Below, one piece after another: positions 36,573 to 46,144 of a DNA stretch of 64,000 nucleotides. A program made the translations under genes and the position numbers. A model generated the notes under the pieces. That model worked only from the letters and a program-made list of their open reading frames with translations, searched no databases and had not been told where the DNA came from. How positions within the stretch are numbered: position 1 is the stretch's first letter; the number at the start of each line of letters is the position of its first letter. The stretch comes from a virus, in the IMG/VR virus record IMGVR_UViG_3300044742_000102; one strand, written 5' to 3'.

Positions 36573-36929
36573 TTATTCTTCTCTCATGAGATCACGAATC
36601 AGTAGAATTTCGTTAGCTTGTGATTCACATAATCCAAAAGCATCAAACTCTTCTGCATCAATATCTTCTGACCCTCTCATGTCTTCAACAAGCTCTAGCA
36701 CGTTGTAGCATAGACTATACGCACGATCCAGTATCTTCTTCTCTAACCACTCTTCGTGACCAACTTCCTGTAGTGGTGTCACACTCTGCTCCAATGCTTT
36801 ATCAACAACTGTCTTAAACACATTTTCTGACAGTTCGACAAGATTACGTAGTGCTTCCTCGTTTGCTTGTTGTTCTTCACTGGTTCCGAAGAAGATCGCG
36901 TAAAGCTCGTCCCCGCTCATCCTCTCCAT
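36573..36929 (-). CDS. acidic hypothetical protein
   Basis: I chose the internal ATG at 36929 (MERMSGDELY...). The 5' part of the tracked ORF lies inside the primase gene. Confidence 0.4.
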   Translation of the reverse strand: MERMSGDELYAIFFGTSEEQQANEEALRNLVELSENVFKTVVDKALEQSVTPLQEVGHEEWLEKKILDRAYSLCYNVLELVEDMRGSEDIDAEEFDAFGLCESQANEILLIRDLMREE

Positions 36930-37689
36930 AGCTGCACAGATATTCCGTGATATCTTTTCCGGTGGGCAGGGATAGCCGAACTGCATTGTGAAGTGTGCTT
37001 GCCAACTGATCGGCAACCTGCTGACCACTTGTGTCCATGTCAAGAAGAATGTAAACCCCTGATCGTATGCGCTCGAACTGTAGTAGGTTGCTGATACTCC
37101 CGACTCCGGTACTGCTCGTAATAGCATCCATCCCCCATTGGGACAGCAGATATGCGTCCAACTCTCCTTCGGTGATAACTGTTGGGCTTCCGCTGGGATT
37201 GGGTCTAACACATACACTTGATTGGCCTTTCGGTATTAGGTATTTGACTTCATCGGGGTCACAGTAGCGTTCATCTCTTCTGAGCTTGTATCCGTGGAAC
37301 TCTCCGTTGTACCAGAGGGGGATGACCAAGTGCTCTCCTGTATGGCCGAATTTGAATCTGCTACACGAATACTCCGTGAAACCACGTGAATAAAACCACT
37401 CTTTTCTAGCCTGTCTGCGGCCTGTAAGAAGTGTTGCATTGCTAAGAAGGCAGAATCGGTAGCCTTCGTCCCGGCTGGGACCACGATGTGTATGCGTGAT
37501 GGAAGCAATCCGTTTGGCTTCCGTAACCATCTGGGCATAGTTGTCACCAATCCACTCCTTTAATTGCTCTTGTGTAATGTACCCACATCGACTGAAACAG
37601 AACGCACCACCATCATTGTATACTGCACAGGATGGGTTGTGGTCGTTATGCTCTGGGTTTGGACAGCGAATCGTTGTGTACGCGGTCAT
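36877..37689 (-). CDS. DNA primase (zinc finger + TOPRIM)
   Basis: CPNPEHNDHNPSC...C..C zinc motif. TOPRIM motifs EGELDA and DMDTSG. Confidence 0.75.
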   Translation of the reverse strand: MTAYTTIRCPNPEHNDHNPSCAVYNDGGAFCFSRCGYITQEQLKEWIGDNYAQMVTEAKRIASITHTHRGPSRDEGYRFCLLSNATLLTGRRQARKEWFYSRGFTEYSCSRFKFGHTGEHLVIPLWYNGEFHGYKLRRDERYCDPDEVKYLIPKGQSSVCVRPNPSGSPTVITEGELDAYLLSQWGMDAITSSTGVGSISNLLQFERIRSGVYILLDMDTSGQQVADQLASTLHNAVRLSLPTGKDITEYLCSYGEDERGRALRDLLRNQ

Positions 37690-39814
37690 CGCTACTCCAA
37701 CTACGGGTTACCTCTGCTTCGACCGCTGATGGAACGCTCTTTAGTACCATCTCGCTGGCTACCATCATTCCGGTATAAACCACTTCACGTGCCCAGCCTG
37801 ACAACGCTTCGCATACTTCGACCAAAATCTCATCATAAATGGTGAGTACGATCTTTCCATCTTCTCCGAGGGCATCATAAATGAGGGCCATTGCGATCTT
37901 GGTGATATCTGCGTTTCCTCCTTGGATGGGGTGATTTGCTCCTTCTCGCTTGATGGAGAAGGCTGCTTGCTCTTCGTTGAGCTTTCCTCTGGAGAGTCTG
38001 GACACGGTAGCGGGGTCATCAAAGTATCTCTTTCTCCCTAGTGGGGTTGCTGTCCATCCATCTTTAAGAGCTTGCCATCCGGTTCTGTCGATCCAGTGGG
38101 CAGCTTGTGGATAACTGGTCTTCCATAGCTTAACGGCAGCGTAAGCCTCGTTGGCCGATAGTCTGATTCCCTGTTCAGCCAGTGTAGAGCGCAGCTTATT
38201 GGCTCCCATTCCGTAGAGAATACCGAAGTTGATAGTCTTGGCTGTGGCACGCTGATCCTCCGTAACCCTCTCTATGTCCACCTTGAACATCAGAGAGGCT
38301 GTATAGGTGTGTAGGTCCACTCCGGTCTTAAAGGCTCTCTGCATTGCTGTGTCACCAGACTGTTCTGCCACTAAGCGTAGCTCCATCTGTGAATAGTCAG
38401 CACGAACAAAGAGGTTACCCGGACCCGGCACGAACAACCTGCGGAAATACTTATTCTTGCCCCTCTTCGGCATGGTCAACATGTTTGGTCTGGAAGATGA
38501 TGGCCTGCCGGTCGCGGTCCCGATTTGCATGAAGTTTCCGCGCAATCTGCCGTCCGGTCCTATTCTTGCTACGAGCTTCGGCCCAAACGCTGTCAGGAGT
38601 TTCTCTAGACTCTTGTATGATAGTAGCGAGGTCAGAATCTCTTGAAGGTATTCGCTCTCTGTATCTGCGAGTGCGAGAGCGAGACTTACCTTTCGATAGT
38701 TCGGGAGACTGATACCCAATGTCTTGAAGGCTGCGATCATCTGGTCGTCCGAGTTGAGATTGATGAATGATGTATCGAGCTTGGGTCTCAAAGGCCGTGG
38801 GTTCGTTTCCCTCCATTTCTTCATCATCCATTTGACATATCTCCGCTGTCCCTCTGGCTGATTATCTTTCTTGTTGATCTTCCAATCGTTCCACTTTCGA
38901 TCATATTCCCACTCCATGTCGGGATGACCATCTATATTGATTTGATAGTGCTGATACTCGTACCATTTAAAGCGATAATCCCATTCAGCCGTTTCGTACT
39001 GTAGCATCCATTCATCAAGTGGGCCTTGTTTACTATCGAACTTGTCGATCCTGAGGTTGTGTACGTGCGGTGTTAACTCATCCTGTAGGTAGCGTTGCAG
39101 TGTCGCGTGTGTCTGACCGGCCTCTTCCAGTCTGGTGTTCATTTGCTCCTGATCGATGGAGAGTCCGATACGTTCCATCTCTGCGAAGACTCGTAGTACA
39201 TCAATTTCAATATCGTAGATACCCATCAGGTCTTGTTCGAGCAGCTTCTCTAGCTGTGCTTCCCACAATGCTGGTAGCCAGAGTACATCAGCCACCGCAT
39301 AGCGTTTCTGCTCATCTGAGAAGGGACCAATCACATCGAAGCTGAGTTGCAGGCTCTTATCCAGTGTGTGCTTCGTGTAGTATTCGACTGTACTCTCTAG
39401 ATCAAACTCAGGCTGGAGTCCTGCATACATCACCTGTTCGGCCAGCATGGTGTCCCACAGGAATGCTGATCTGGGATACTCCACTCCATAGTGGTGTCTA
39501 AGCCACATTAGGTCGAAGCGGATATTGTGTCCGATAATCAGGGTGTCGTTGTGAAGCAATGCTTCACACAGGTATCTGCCTTCATATCGATCCACGTAGC
39601 GCATGTCAATGAAATGTGCGCTCTCTCCATCACTGAATACGAAGGCTGTTACCTTACCGGTCATCACATCGACTGAGGCATCAGTCTCGATATCGATGGC
39701 TAGCTTCTGGGCTAGCTTGGCCCACTCTGGAAGATATGGGCCTTCTGTGCATACTCTAGCACCTGCTGGACTCTCTGGTCCACCGAACTGGCCTCTGAAA
39801 ACCACAGGTTCCAC
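37646..39814 (-). CDS. polA: family A DNA polymerase with 3'-5' exonuclease domain
   Basis: Exo I DIETD. Motif A DYSQMELRLVA, motif B RATAKTINFGILYGMG and motif C IYDEILVEV. Confidence 0.9.
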   Translation of the reverse strand: MEPVVFRGQFGGPESPAGARVCTEGPYLPEWAKLAQKLAIDIETDASVDVMTGKVTAFVFSDGESAHFIDMRYVDRYEGRYLCEALLHNDTLIIGHNIRFDLMWLRHHYGVEYPRSAFLWDTMLAEQVMYAGLQPEFDLESTVEYYTKHTLDKSLQLSFDVIGPFSDEQKRYAVADVLWLPALWEAQLEKLLEQDLMGIYDIEIDVLRVFAEMERIGLSIDQEQMNTRLEEAGQTHATLQRYLQDELTPHVHNLRIDKFDSKQGPLDEWMLQYETAEWDYRFKWYEYQHYQINIDGHPDMEWEYDRKWNDWKINKKDNQPEGQRRYVKWMMKKWRETNPRPLRPKLDTSFINLNSDDQMIAAFKTLGISLPNYRKVSLALALADTESEYLQEILTSLLSYKSLEKLLTAFGPKLVARIGPDGRLRGNFMQIGTATGRPSSSRPNMLTMPKRGKNKYFRRLFVPGPGNLFVRADYSQMELRLVAEQSGDTAMQRAFKTGVDLHTYTASLMFKVDIERVTEDQRATAKTINFGILYGMGANKLRSTLAEQGIRLSANEAYAAVKLWKTSYPQAAHWIDRTGWQALKDGWTATPLGRKRYFDDPATVSRLSRGKLNEEQAAFSIKREGANHPIQGGNADITKIAMALIYDALGEDGKIVLTIYDEILVEVCEALSGWAREVVYTGMMVASEMVLKSVPSAVEAEVTRSWSSDDRVHNDSLSKPRA

Positions 39815-40275
39815 TCTTCCTTCTCTATATGGTCAAGCCCTGTTTCGCTAGGATGATCGAACGTTCCCTCTTCACCACCCCTATTATACACCATCTCGGG
39901 TGAAATGTCAAGCCTAACCAGAATGAACCCGTTTTCCCTGCACCAATCGTATTCGTTCTGGAAGCGCATGTCATCGATGATAACCGGTTCAGCTAGAGGC
40001 ATTCGATCAGTGCGTGCAGCCATCCTCTTTACCCACCAGTTAGGATCGTAGGTACGGCATAGTTCGGTACCAATATATTGCGCTCCTTTGCGATATAGCT
40101 CAGGATGCTCTGCTTTCTCGATACCAAGTTCACGAAGAGCCTGTCGAATAGGATCGGCAAATGAGTAGGTCTTGCTGCTATAGTTACCCTCTCGCGCAAA
40201 TGCTCGTTCGAGATACCACGCGAGTGTTGTTTTACCTGACTTCATTTTGCCACTAATCGCTATTCTCATCCTCAT
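39712..40275 (-). CDS. deoxynucleoside monophosphate kinase (T4 gp1-like)
   Basis: P-loop GKMKSGKTT and IIDDMRFQNE. Overlaps the polA ORF by 103 nt. Confidence 0.65.
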   Translation of the reverse strand: MRMRIAISGKMKSGKTTLAWYLERAFAREGNYSSKTYSFADPIRQALRELGIEKAEHPELYRKGAQYIGTELCRTYDPNWWVKRMAARTDRMPLAEPVIIDDMRFQNEYDWCRENGFILVRLDISPEMVYNRGGEEGTFDHPSETGLDHIEKEEWNLWFSEASSVDQRVQQVLEYAQKAHIFQSGPS

Positions 40276-40684
40276 CTTCTTTCATATTAGCCAGCACTTC
40301 ATCTACAGGCTTATAGAATACACGGTCTATGAGTGCCCGTATCAGTCGGTGTTCTGGATCGAAGAAGACAAAGGTGTCCAACTCATCGTAGTTGTTCCAC
40401 TTATAGATTGACATACCAAGCACCCACGCGGCATGTAGTTCCAGCAAACACCCCTTACTCAAATCCCACCCATCAAGAAACACAATAGCCTCAGCGAATG
40501 CCATGAGTTTCAGGTCTTCGCGGATATACCAGTCATAAGGTAGATCAGAGCGACCACCGAAATTCTCAGCCGGGTTGAGAACTGTCCAACCTTGTTTGGA
40601 TAGTACATCTGACACACGCTTGAATTCGGGATAGTTACCATCTTTGTAACCGGTCATTGGACCAGCTACGTATATCCTAGGCAT
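40253..40684 (-). CDS. DUF4406 / nucleoside 2-deoxyribosyltransferase-like protein
   Basis: IYVAGPMTGYKDGNYPEF...LNPAE...SKGCLLELHAA fits the DUF4406 pattern. Confidence 0.55.
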   Translation of the reverse strand: MPRIYVAGPMTGYKDGNYPEFKRVSDVLSKQGWTVLNPAENFGGRSDLPYDWYIREDLKLMAFAEAIVFLDGWDLSKGCLLELHAAWVLGMSIYKWNNYDELDTFVFFDPEHRLIRALIDRVFYKPVDEVLANMKEDEDENSD

Positions 40685-41669
40685 CTAACATCTTTTCTAC
40701 TGTTTTCACAGCTACAGCCATCAGGTTACTATCGGTTCCATTGGATGATGAATAGGGTATCAGGAGTGTTGTGCCATCATGACTCAGGCAGTGTCCACAG
40801 GTATATTCGACTCCTTCTTCTCTGAAATTGAAGAGTGGAGAGATGCGGGTAATCTGGTAGGAGTGGTCCATCTCCACAAACCGGTGAGAATAGAAATATT
40901 GGTCGGTGAGTGGTAGTTCTCCCCATAGTACACCCTGTTCGTGGACGGTATATAGATAACGGTCCCCCCACGGAATAGGGCTTCCTGACCCTCGAAAGGT
41001 TGGTAAATCATTCTTTTCTCCTATGTATACTGGCACACCACTCACCTGTAGGATGGTCATGGGATTGCTTTCATAGAGCAGGTTGATATACCCACGATGG
41101 ATAAATGGCAACCAGTTCTTCTCCATGAGCCTACGGTTCTTGTAGCGTAGTGGATTGACCTCTACTACTTTGGTAGTGTCATCGCTCAGGAGTCCGAAGC
41201 ATTGTCCCCAGAACTGGTGGGCATCCCAATCATCGAAATGCCCGGTGCTAGCTACAAAGCCCCAGCGGTCCCAACACCATATCAAGCGCATATCTTCGAG
41301 TCCGATAATCAGTTGTCGATCAACTGGTCGTACACTCTTCTGATACAATAGGCTCTGATCTATGAGATGTGATCCAACAATGTGTAGGTCCATATCCATA
41401 TTGATCCACTGAACATAGCTTATAGTCTGTATCTTCTCTTTCTGTGAGGGGTGGTGTCTGCCCAGACTCGTGTAGTGATTCTGAATACGGTTCGTTAGAA
41501 CATATCCCTCCGCTGTGCGGTTGATTGAGCCATTCCCAACGTTGAAGAACACTCCCTTCGGATCGTTCCAAGACCGAACTGGCCTGTCCCAGAGAGCTTC
41601 AATTAAGGTCACTATCATCCACCTGATCGAAGAAGAATTCGACATAGCTGTCTTCATCTCCCGGCCCAT
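40677..41669 (-). CDS. hypothetical protein (weak resemblance to beta-propeller glycosidase/glycosyltransferase-like proteins)
   Basis: 330 aa with LEDMRL and EKNWLPF motifs. The family assignment is uncertain and so is the start. Confidence 0.35.
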   Translation of the reverse strand: MGREMKTAMSNSSSIRWMIVTLIEALWDRPVRSWNDPKGVFFNVGNGSINRTAEGYVLTNRIQNHYTSLGRHHPSQKEKIQTISYVQWINMDMDLHIVGSHLIDQSLLYQKSVRPVDRQLIIGLEDMRLIWCWDRWGFVASTGHFDDWDAHQFWGQCFGLLSDDTTKVVEVNPLRYKNRRLMEKNWLPFIHRGYINLLYESNPMTILQVSGVPVYIGEKNDLPTFRGSGSPIPWGDRYLYTVHEQGVLWGELPLTDQYFYSHRFVEMDHSYQITRISPLFNFREEGVEYTCGHCLSHDGTTLLIPYSSSNGTDSNLMAVAVKTVEKMLDA

Positions 41670-41835
41670 AGTTCTGTGCTACTCCCGCGAGTGATGCCCC
41701 CTCATGCTCATCGAGCCACTGTGCGACACCGCGTAGTGCCTCTGACATTGTGAAGTTATTTAGGTTAACCGAAGCTGATGCGGTCTGCGTGAGTCTATAG
41801 GGTCTGATCTTTGCTTTCGATGCCATCTGTTTCAC
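41599..41835 (-). CDS. hypothetical protein
   Basis: 78-aa ORF with an acidic C-terminus. Confidence 0.5.
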   Translation of the reverse strand: MKQMASKAKIRPYRLTQTASASVNLNNFTMSEALRGVAQWLDEHEGASLAGVAQNYGPGDEDSYVEFFFDQVDDSDLN

Positions 41836-42178
41836 CCATTTCTAGTAGTTGTAGGGCCGACCTCCTGCGCAGGAAGGCCACATACTCATTGAAGGATTCC
41901 AAGGGTACGGATACCCAAACCCGTGCATTCTGGTAGGGTTTACCTCCCGTATAAACAAGTCCAAACCTCTTGCCTGTGTTGCGTTTTTCGTAGTCAAGGA
42001 TTTGATCGTGATACTCCTTTGCTTTGAATGCGCGTAGATTTTGTACATACTTGCACTCCAAGCGAAAATTAGTGCCAGTAACGTCCACATCTGCACCTTG
42101 CCCGACATATACTGTCCCATCTACCAGTCTTGCTACTCTATGTTCAAACTCGTGTCCCCGGTCTGTTGCTCGTGTCAT
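41795..42178 (-). CDS. Holliday-junction-resolvase-like PD-(D/E)XK nuclease
   Basis: I chose the ATG at 42178. GHEFEHRVARLV...GADVDV...RLECKY resembles the Hjc/archaeal resolvase core. Confidence 0.5.
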   Translation of the reverse strand: MTRATDRGHEFEHRVARLVDGTVYVGQGADVDVTGTNFRLECKYVQNLRAFKAKEYHDQILDYEKRNTGKRFGLVYTGGKPYQNARVWVSVPLESFNEYVAFLRRRSALQLLEMGETDGIESKDQTL

Positions 42179-42254
42179 AGCAGAAGCGTTAACGCATATA
42201 TAATATTCATTACACCGAGACCCATGAAAAATCCTGATACCCACATAAGCTTCA

Positions 42255-43163
42255 TTATGCTGCCTCCGGATCAACGAAGCGTGTATACGCTGGATAATAC
42301 CACAGTGGCACGATGCCAACCGGGCCATTGCGATTCTTGCCAATACGCACCAGAGCACGTTGTGGGTCATCCTCATTGATCGATATCTTGATCGGTCTCC
42401 AGAGCAACGCTACCGTATCGGCACGTGCTTCGATCTTCCCACTGCCCTCTAGTTCATGTAGTTCGGGTACATCCTCTGAGTCATCCTCAGCCTTCTGTGC
42501 GGCCTTACGATTCATTTGGGAGAGCACAAGCACTGGCACATCAAGTCTGTTTGCGAGGTCTTTGAGTTCTTTTGTGACACCCGAAACCTGCTCGTAGGTA
42601 TTATCCCTGCCTCCTGCATTTGTGAGATATTGAAGATAATCGACCACAACGAGTCGTATGGGAATTCCTTTGGCATGTTGGGTTGATACCTGCGTAACAA
42701 TGTCTTGGGCCGATAAGTCCCCGGCAGTACGCATGACAACATACGGATCAAACTCTCGAAGAATATCGGTGGCTGACCTCCACGATTGGAGTTCCTGCTC
42801 ACTAGCCTGACCCCTACGTATCTTGGTGCTTGGCACCAGACTCATCACCGATGCCTGTCGTAGCATCAGCATGGCTCCGCTCATCTCTGGAGAGAACACG
42901 ACAACCTTACCAGTTGTCTCCTTAGCATCAATCGACTCCAGAGCAATCTCTTCCACAATCGAAAATAGCATCTGCGAACCCAGAGCAGTCTTGCCATGTG
43001 AGGTTCGAGCACCAATGACAAATACTTCACCATTATGGAAGCCACCCGTATACTTATCAATACTCGGAAAGCCCGTACTCGTACCCCAGACATCGCTCTT
43101 GTTCCTCATCCACTTATCTTGTAGCTGTTCGAGCTTGTCGATTGCTACGTTGATATCACCCAC
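42255..43163 (-). CDS. DnaB-like replicative helicase (RecA-fold C-terminal domain)
   Basis: Walker A GARTSHGKT and Walker B VVVDYLQYL. Confidence 0.75.
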   Translation of the reverse strand: MGDINVAIDKLEQLQDKWMRNKSDVWGTSTGFPSIDKYTGGFHNGEVFVIGARTSHGKTALGSQMLFSIVEEIALESIDAKETTGKVVVFSPEMSGAMLMLRQASVMSLVPSTKIRRGQASEQELQSWRSATDILREFDPYVVMRTAGDLSAQDIVTQVSTQHAKGIPIRLVVVDYLQYLTNAGGRDNTYEQVSGVTKELKDLANRLDVPVLVLSQMNRKAAQKAEDDSEDVPELHELEGSGKIEARADTVALLWRPIKISINEDDPQRALVRIGKNRNGPVGIVPLWYYPAYTRFVDPEAA

Positions 43164-43779
43164 GCAGTCGGCCTCTCAGTGCTTCAAGTCGTTCGATGTG
43201 TTCCTGTGTCACAGTGGGCTTCTCAGCCTCACGCATCTTCCTGTCTGCCTCGCGCAAGGCTCGTTGGATATGGGTTGTGTCATCGATCTTCCTACGTACA
43301 ATCTCTGCCTGTTCGCGTATACGAGAGGGGTCCGTACTCTGTAGGATATAACGCACAAGTACCGGTGGTGTACGGATGGTATCGGTGCTAACCTCTAGTG
43401 TGGTTATTACATCCACGATGAGGGACATGTCGTGTCCTGCTGCTTCCCACAGGCTCTCACATAGGCTAGTGTCGGGGCTTAGGTGGTCGGGCCACGTTGT
43501 CTTGAATAGTGTCGATATCGAAGTCAACGTATCGTTTTCCAAGGGTTCGGAAGGATGGTTCTGTATGTTGTTTGCGCTTCTTTCCTCCGCGCTGTTCTTT
43601 GTTTCGGTCGCGGTCTGGATAGTATCTAACGCGGTCTCGATAGCATCTTCGGGTAGCATCTCCATCAAGGTCTTCTGGCTCATCCCGATCATAAAACCGG
43701 CATAGGCCAACGTACTGTCTTCGGGTGCTGTCCCGTTCAGTTCCATCTCCACTAAACTCTTGGGTATCTGTATCCACAC
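43156..43779 (-). CDS. hypothetical replication-module protein
   Basis: 207-aa ORF, coupled to the helicase gene. Confidence 0.5.
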   Translation of the reverse strand: MWIQIPKSLVEMELNGTAPEDSTLAYAGFMIGMSQKTLMEMLPEDAIETALDTIQTATETKNSAEERSANNIQNHPSEPLENDTLTSISTLFKTTWPDHLSPDTSLCESLWEAAGHDMSLIVDVITTLEVSTDTIRTPPVLVRYILQSTDPSRIREQAEIVRRKIDDTTHIQRALREADRKMREAEKPTVTQEHIERLEALRGRLRG

Positions 43780-44730
43780 TTATTGGGCCTTTCGCTTCCC
43801 ATCTCGGGAGTTTCTCGAACCTCCCTTACGGTCTCCACCGTGGGACCGCATGAAACCATTATCTTTCAGGTATTTCCTAAATCGCTTCTGTCCGAAACCA
43901 TAGCGTTGTGCTATCTCTTCTGTTGTGCCTTCTTCTGCTAGGAATGACTGTACAGCCTGCTGCATACGGATATCCTCTTCGAAGTCTTCCGCTTTCTTTT
44001 CCTCTGCCACCCTGTGCGGATCATCCGGTAGGATTCCTTGAATGGGCTGTTTGTTCAGCGTACATTCTACCCGTACTACATCACTATACATCTGTTGGAG
44101 TGACTGTACAGCTTCCCACGTACCGGGTACCGCAACGAACACGTTGGAGAGATACCATACCGGATCAGTCTCATCATAGTCATCTCGTGACCTGAATGCA
44201 ATGGCATCTGCACGCTTGGGTGGTAGCGCACAGCTAACCTCTGCCATATGTTCAGTCAGGAGTGAGATAATAGCCTTTGCGCTTACGAACATCACAAATG
44301 ATGAATAGCTACGAATAGCATCTGCATCTTCAAGCTGGTCTTTATATTCTTGATAGAGGAAGTTGTCGATAATATCCTGCCGCACGTGTCGTACGCTTAC
44401 ATCTGTGTCATAGTAGTGCATGTGCTGATACATCTGTGTAATTCTGTCGTGCCATGCTTCGTAGTCTTCTCCAGTTACCTTACAGTACGTTTTCAGATAC
44501 CGTTCGACACCCAGCCGTTCAGCGGTGCGGGATGGACGAACGGGCCGAATACCAAAGACCCGTTCGTCCTGTTCATCCATCCAAGTCATTCTAGCAAAGG
44601 CTTTCGAGAGGGCTTCGTTCAGCGCGACTTCGTTGGGGTATCTGTCAGGATACTCCGATGTATTCGAAAATCGTGCTGTCATGGTTATGCCTTCGTAGCA
44701 TTCAGAATCTTCTGCTGCTCGTCCCAACAT
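43780..44730 (-). CDS. hypothetical protein with C-terminal HTH-like and basic tail
   Basis: TEEIAQRYGFGQKRFRKYLKDNG, followed by an Arg/Lys/Gly-rich tail. Confidence 0.5.
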   Translation of the reverse strand: MLGRAAEDSECYEGITMTARFSNTSEYPDRYPNEVALNEALSKAFARMTWMDEQDERVFGIRPVRPSRTAERLGVERYLKTYCKVTGEDYEAWHDRITQMYQHMHYYDTDVSVRHVRQDIIDNFLYQEYKDQLEDADAIRSYSSFVMFVSAKAIISLLTEHMAEVSCALPPKRADAIAFRSRDDYDETDPVWYLSNVFVAVPGTWEAVQSLQQMYSDVVRVECTLNKQPIQGILPDDPHRVAEEKKAEDFEEDIRMQQAVQSFLAEEGTTEEIAQRYGFGQKRFRKYLKDNGFMRSHGGDRKGGSRNSRDGKRKAQ

Positions 44731-45500
44731 ACCGTGCGTCCAACCTTATCATTGGACCAGAATGCCTGCTTGCCTGTGAGTGGTACATTCGTAATCTCAC
44801 AGGTAAAGCCAGTGCCATCCTCATTGTTGGGTTCAGGCCAGTATTCCGGCATCACTGCCATATCGGCCTTACTCAGACCATTCGATGTAGCACGTGCCTG
44901 CCGCTGTGGAGCGGGACCAGAGCTAGGGAAGGTCTGGGCTTGACCTCCGCGTGCTGGTGTGATAGCATCATCCTTATCGGCCAGTTCATCACTGAGTACC
45001 GCGTTGAGGTTCATAGCACGTGATAGAGCACGTCCCTGTGCGCGTGTCTCAGCCATACGAACGAAATGCTTACCGACCATCTTGTTACAGTTGGATGGTG
45101 ATGCATCACCGATACCGTAATGGAAGGTGTCGTTTCCTTCCTCATCAGCGAAGACAGCACAGGCAGTCACAACCGCAATAGGCTCTCCCCTATCTGGTCC
45201 ACCGGTCGGATAGACCGTAACATCGGGTGCTTCGAACCGCTGGAACCCCTGTGTGTACGCAAAGTCTAGCACATCAATGAATCGATATGCTTTGATGTTA
45301 CCAAGGTGATCCACTGGCAACGTGTGGTTTTCCCGCAACGTGCGGTATGCTTGGGCTGGGTATGGGATCGGTCCAGCAGCTACCTGTGGACTGGAGCCAA
45401 CCGACTCAACCAACGCTTCCTCGAATCCATCATCCTCATCGGATGTTTCAGTTGGAGCCGGGACGCTCTTAGCTCGTGGGGGCATGTAGTTTCCTTTCAC
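44685..45500 (-). CDS. Rad52/Sak-like single-strand annealing protein (putative)
   Basis: GIGDASPSNC...RMAETRAQGRALSRA resembles the Rad52-family core motif. Confidence 0.45.
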   Translation of the reverse strand: MKGNYMPPRAKSVPAPTETSDEDDGFEEALVESVGSSPQVAAGPIPYPAQAYRTLRENHTLPVDHLGNIKAYRFIDVLDFAYTQGFQRFEAPDVTVYPTGGPDRGEPIAVVTACAVFADEEGNDTFHYGIGDASPSNCNKMVGKHFVRMAETRAQGRALSRAMNLNAVLSDELADKDDAITPARGGQAQTFPSSGPAPQRQARATSNGLSKADMAVMPEYWPEPNNEDGTGFTCEITNVPLTGKQAFWSNDKVGRTVCWDEQQKILNATKA

Positions 45501-45538
45501 TTGCCCTGCGTTCGAAGCTATCTCCGAACGATGCTAGC

Positions 45539-45567
45539 ATTATATCACATCTTGATACAAATGTCAA
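45539..45567 (-). promoter_or_regulatory. perfect sigma70-consensus promoter (TTGACA, 17-nt spacer, TATAAT)
   Basis: - strand: cCTTGACAtttgtatcaagatgtgaTATAATgcta. The spacer end AGATGTGATATAATG is identical to that of the promoter at 47368. Confidence 0.8.
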
Positions 45568-45578
45568 GGGGTAATAGA

Positions 45579-45860
45579 TTAGTCGTCCGACACGTATCGA
45601 ATACCCAGAATGTAGTCTCTGGCCGTGTCGAGTAGATCGGGATCATCTTGGAGCATACCCAACCCCGAATTGCAGGTAACACATAGTAAACCGCGAACTG
45701 CTCCTGAGTGGTGGTCGTGGTCTACAACGAGCCTCTGGTCAGATCGATCACAGATAGCACATCGTCCTCTTTGGGCCGCATACATCGCGTTCCACACATC
45801 AAGAGTGATACCGTATTTCCTTCTTAGGTCTCTGTCTTTACGCTCAGTAAAGTCTAGCAT
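45579..45860 (-). CDS. endonuclease VII-family (HNH-like) nuclease
   Basis: CAICD...VVDHDHHSGAVRGLLCVTCNSGLG. A paralogue of gene 16588..16896. Confidence 0.75.
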   Translation of the reverse strand: MLDFTERKDRDLRRKYGITLDVWNAMYAAQRGRCAICDRSDQRLVVDHDHHSGAVRGLLCVTCNSGLGMLQDDPDLLDTARDYILGIRYVSDD

Positions 45861-45900
45861 CTAGCTCCTTTCTAGTTTGTCGGGCAATAAAATCATGGAT

Positions 45901-45943
45901 CAAGTGGCAAGAAAAACCGCTTCTACAAGCCCGTTGCCACTTG
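45901..45943. repeat. inverted repeat with 10-bp arms
   Basis: CAAGTGGCAA, 23-nt spacer, TTGCCACTTG. Confidence 0.8.
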
Positions 45944-45983
45944 AAGGATGGTCTTTTACGAAACGGCAAACCACTAGAAGCGT

Positions 45984-46007
45984 GGGGAGGGGGATCAGGG
46001 GGAGGGG
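45984..46007 (+). other. four-tract G-run (potential G-quadruplex)
   Basis: GGGGAGGGGGATCAGGGGGAGGGG. Confidence 0.5.
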
Positions 46008-46015
46008 TTAAACCA

Positions 46016-46035
46016 CGTAGCTCTTTAGAGCTACG
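46016..46035. repeat. 9-bp-arm palindrome
   Basis: CGTAGCTCT-tt-AGAGCTACG. Confidence 0.8.
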
Positions 46036-46040
46036 ATACA

Positions 46041-46098
46041 ACAGAACGAACAGAACGAGTAACGAACGATAGTGAGTTATGAGTGATGTGAGTGATGT
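46041..46098 (+). repeat. two sets of tandem 9-mers (iteron-like)
   Basis: ACAGAACGA twice plus a degenerate GTAACGAACGA, then GAGTGATGT twice preceded by a degenerate GTGAGTTAT. Confidence 0.7.
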
Positions 46099-46144
46099 TG
46101 TATTCAATATTGACAAACGATTCTCCTAATCTGCCCCTCTGTGT

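Noticed and set aside
45844-46116. 90-aa - strand ORF in the divergent control region
   Set aside because: The translation is low-complexity (LLVLFVLLYRSS..., PPPDPPP). It spans the G-run, the palindrome and the tandem 9-mers, which look like DNA- or RNA-level signals, and it has no RBS.
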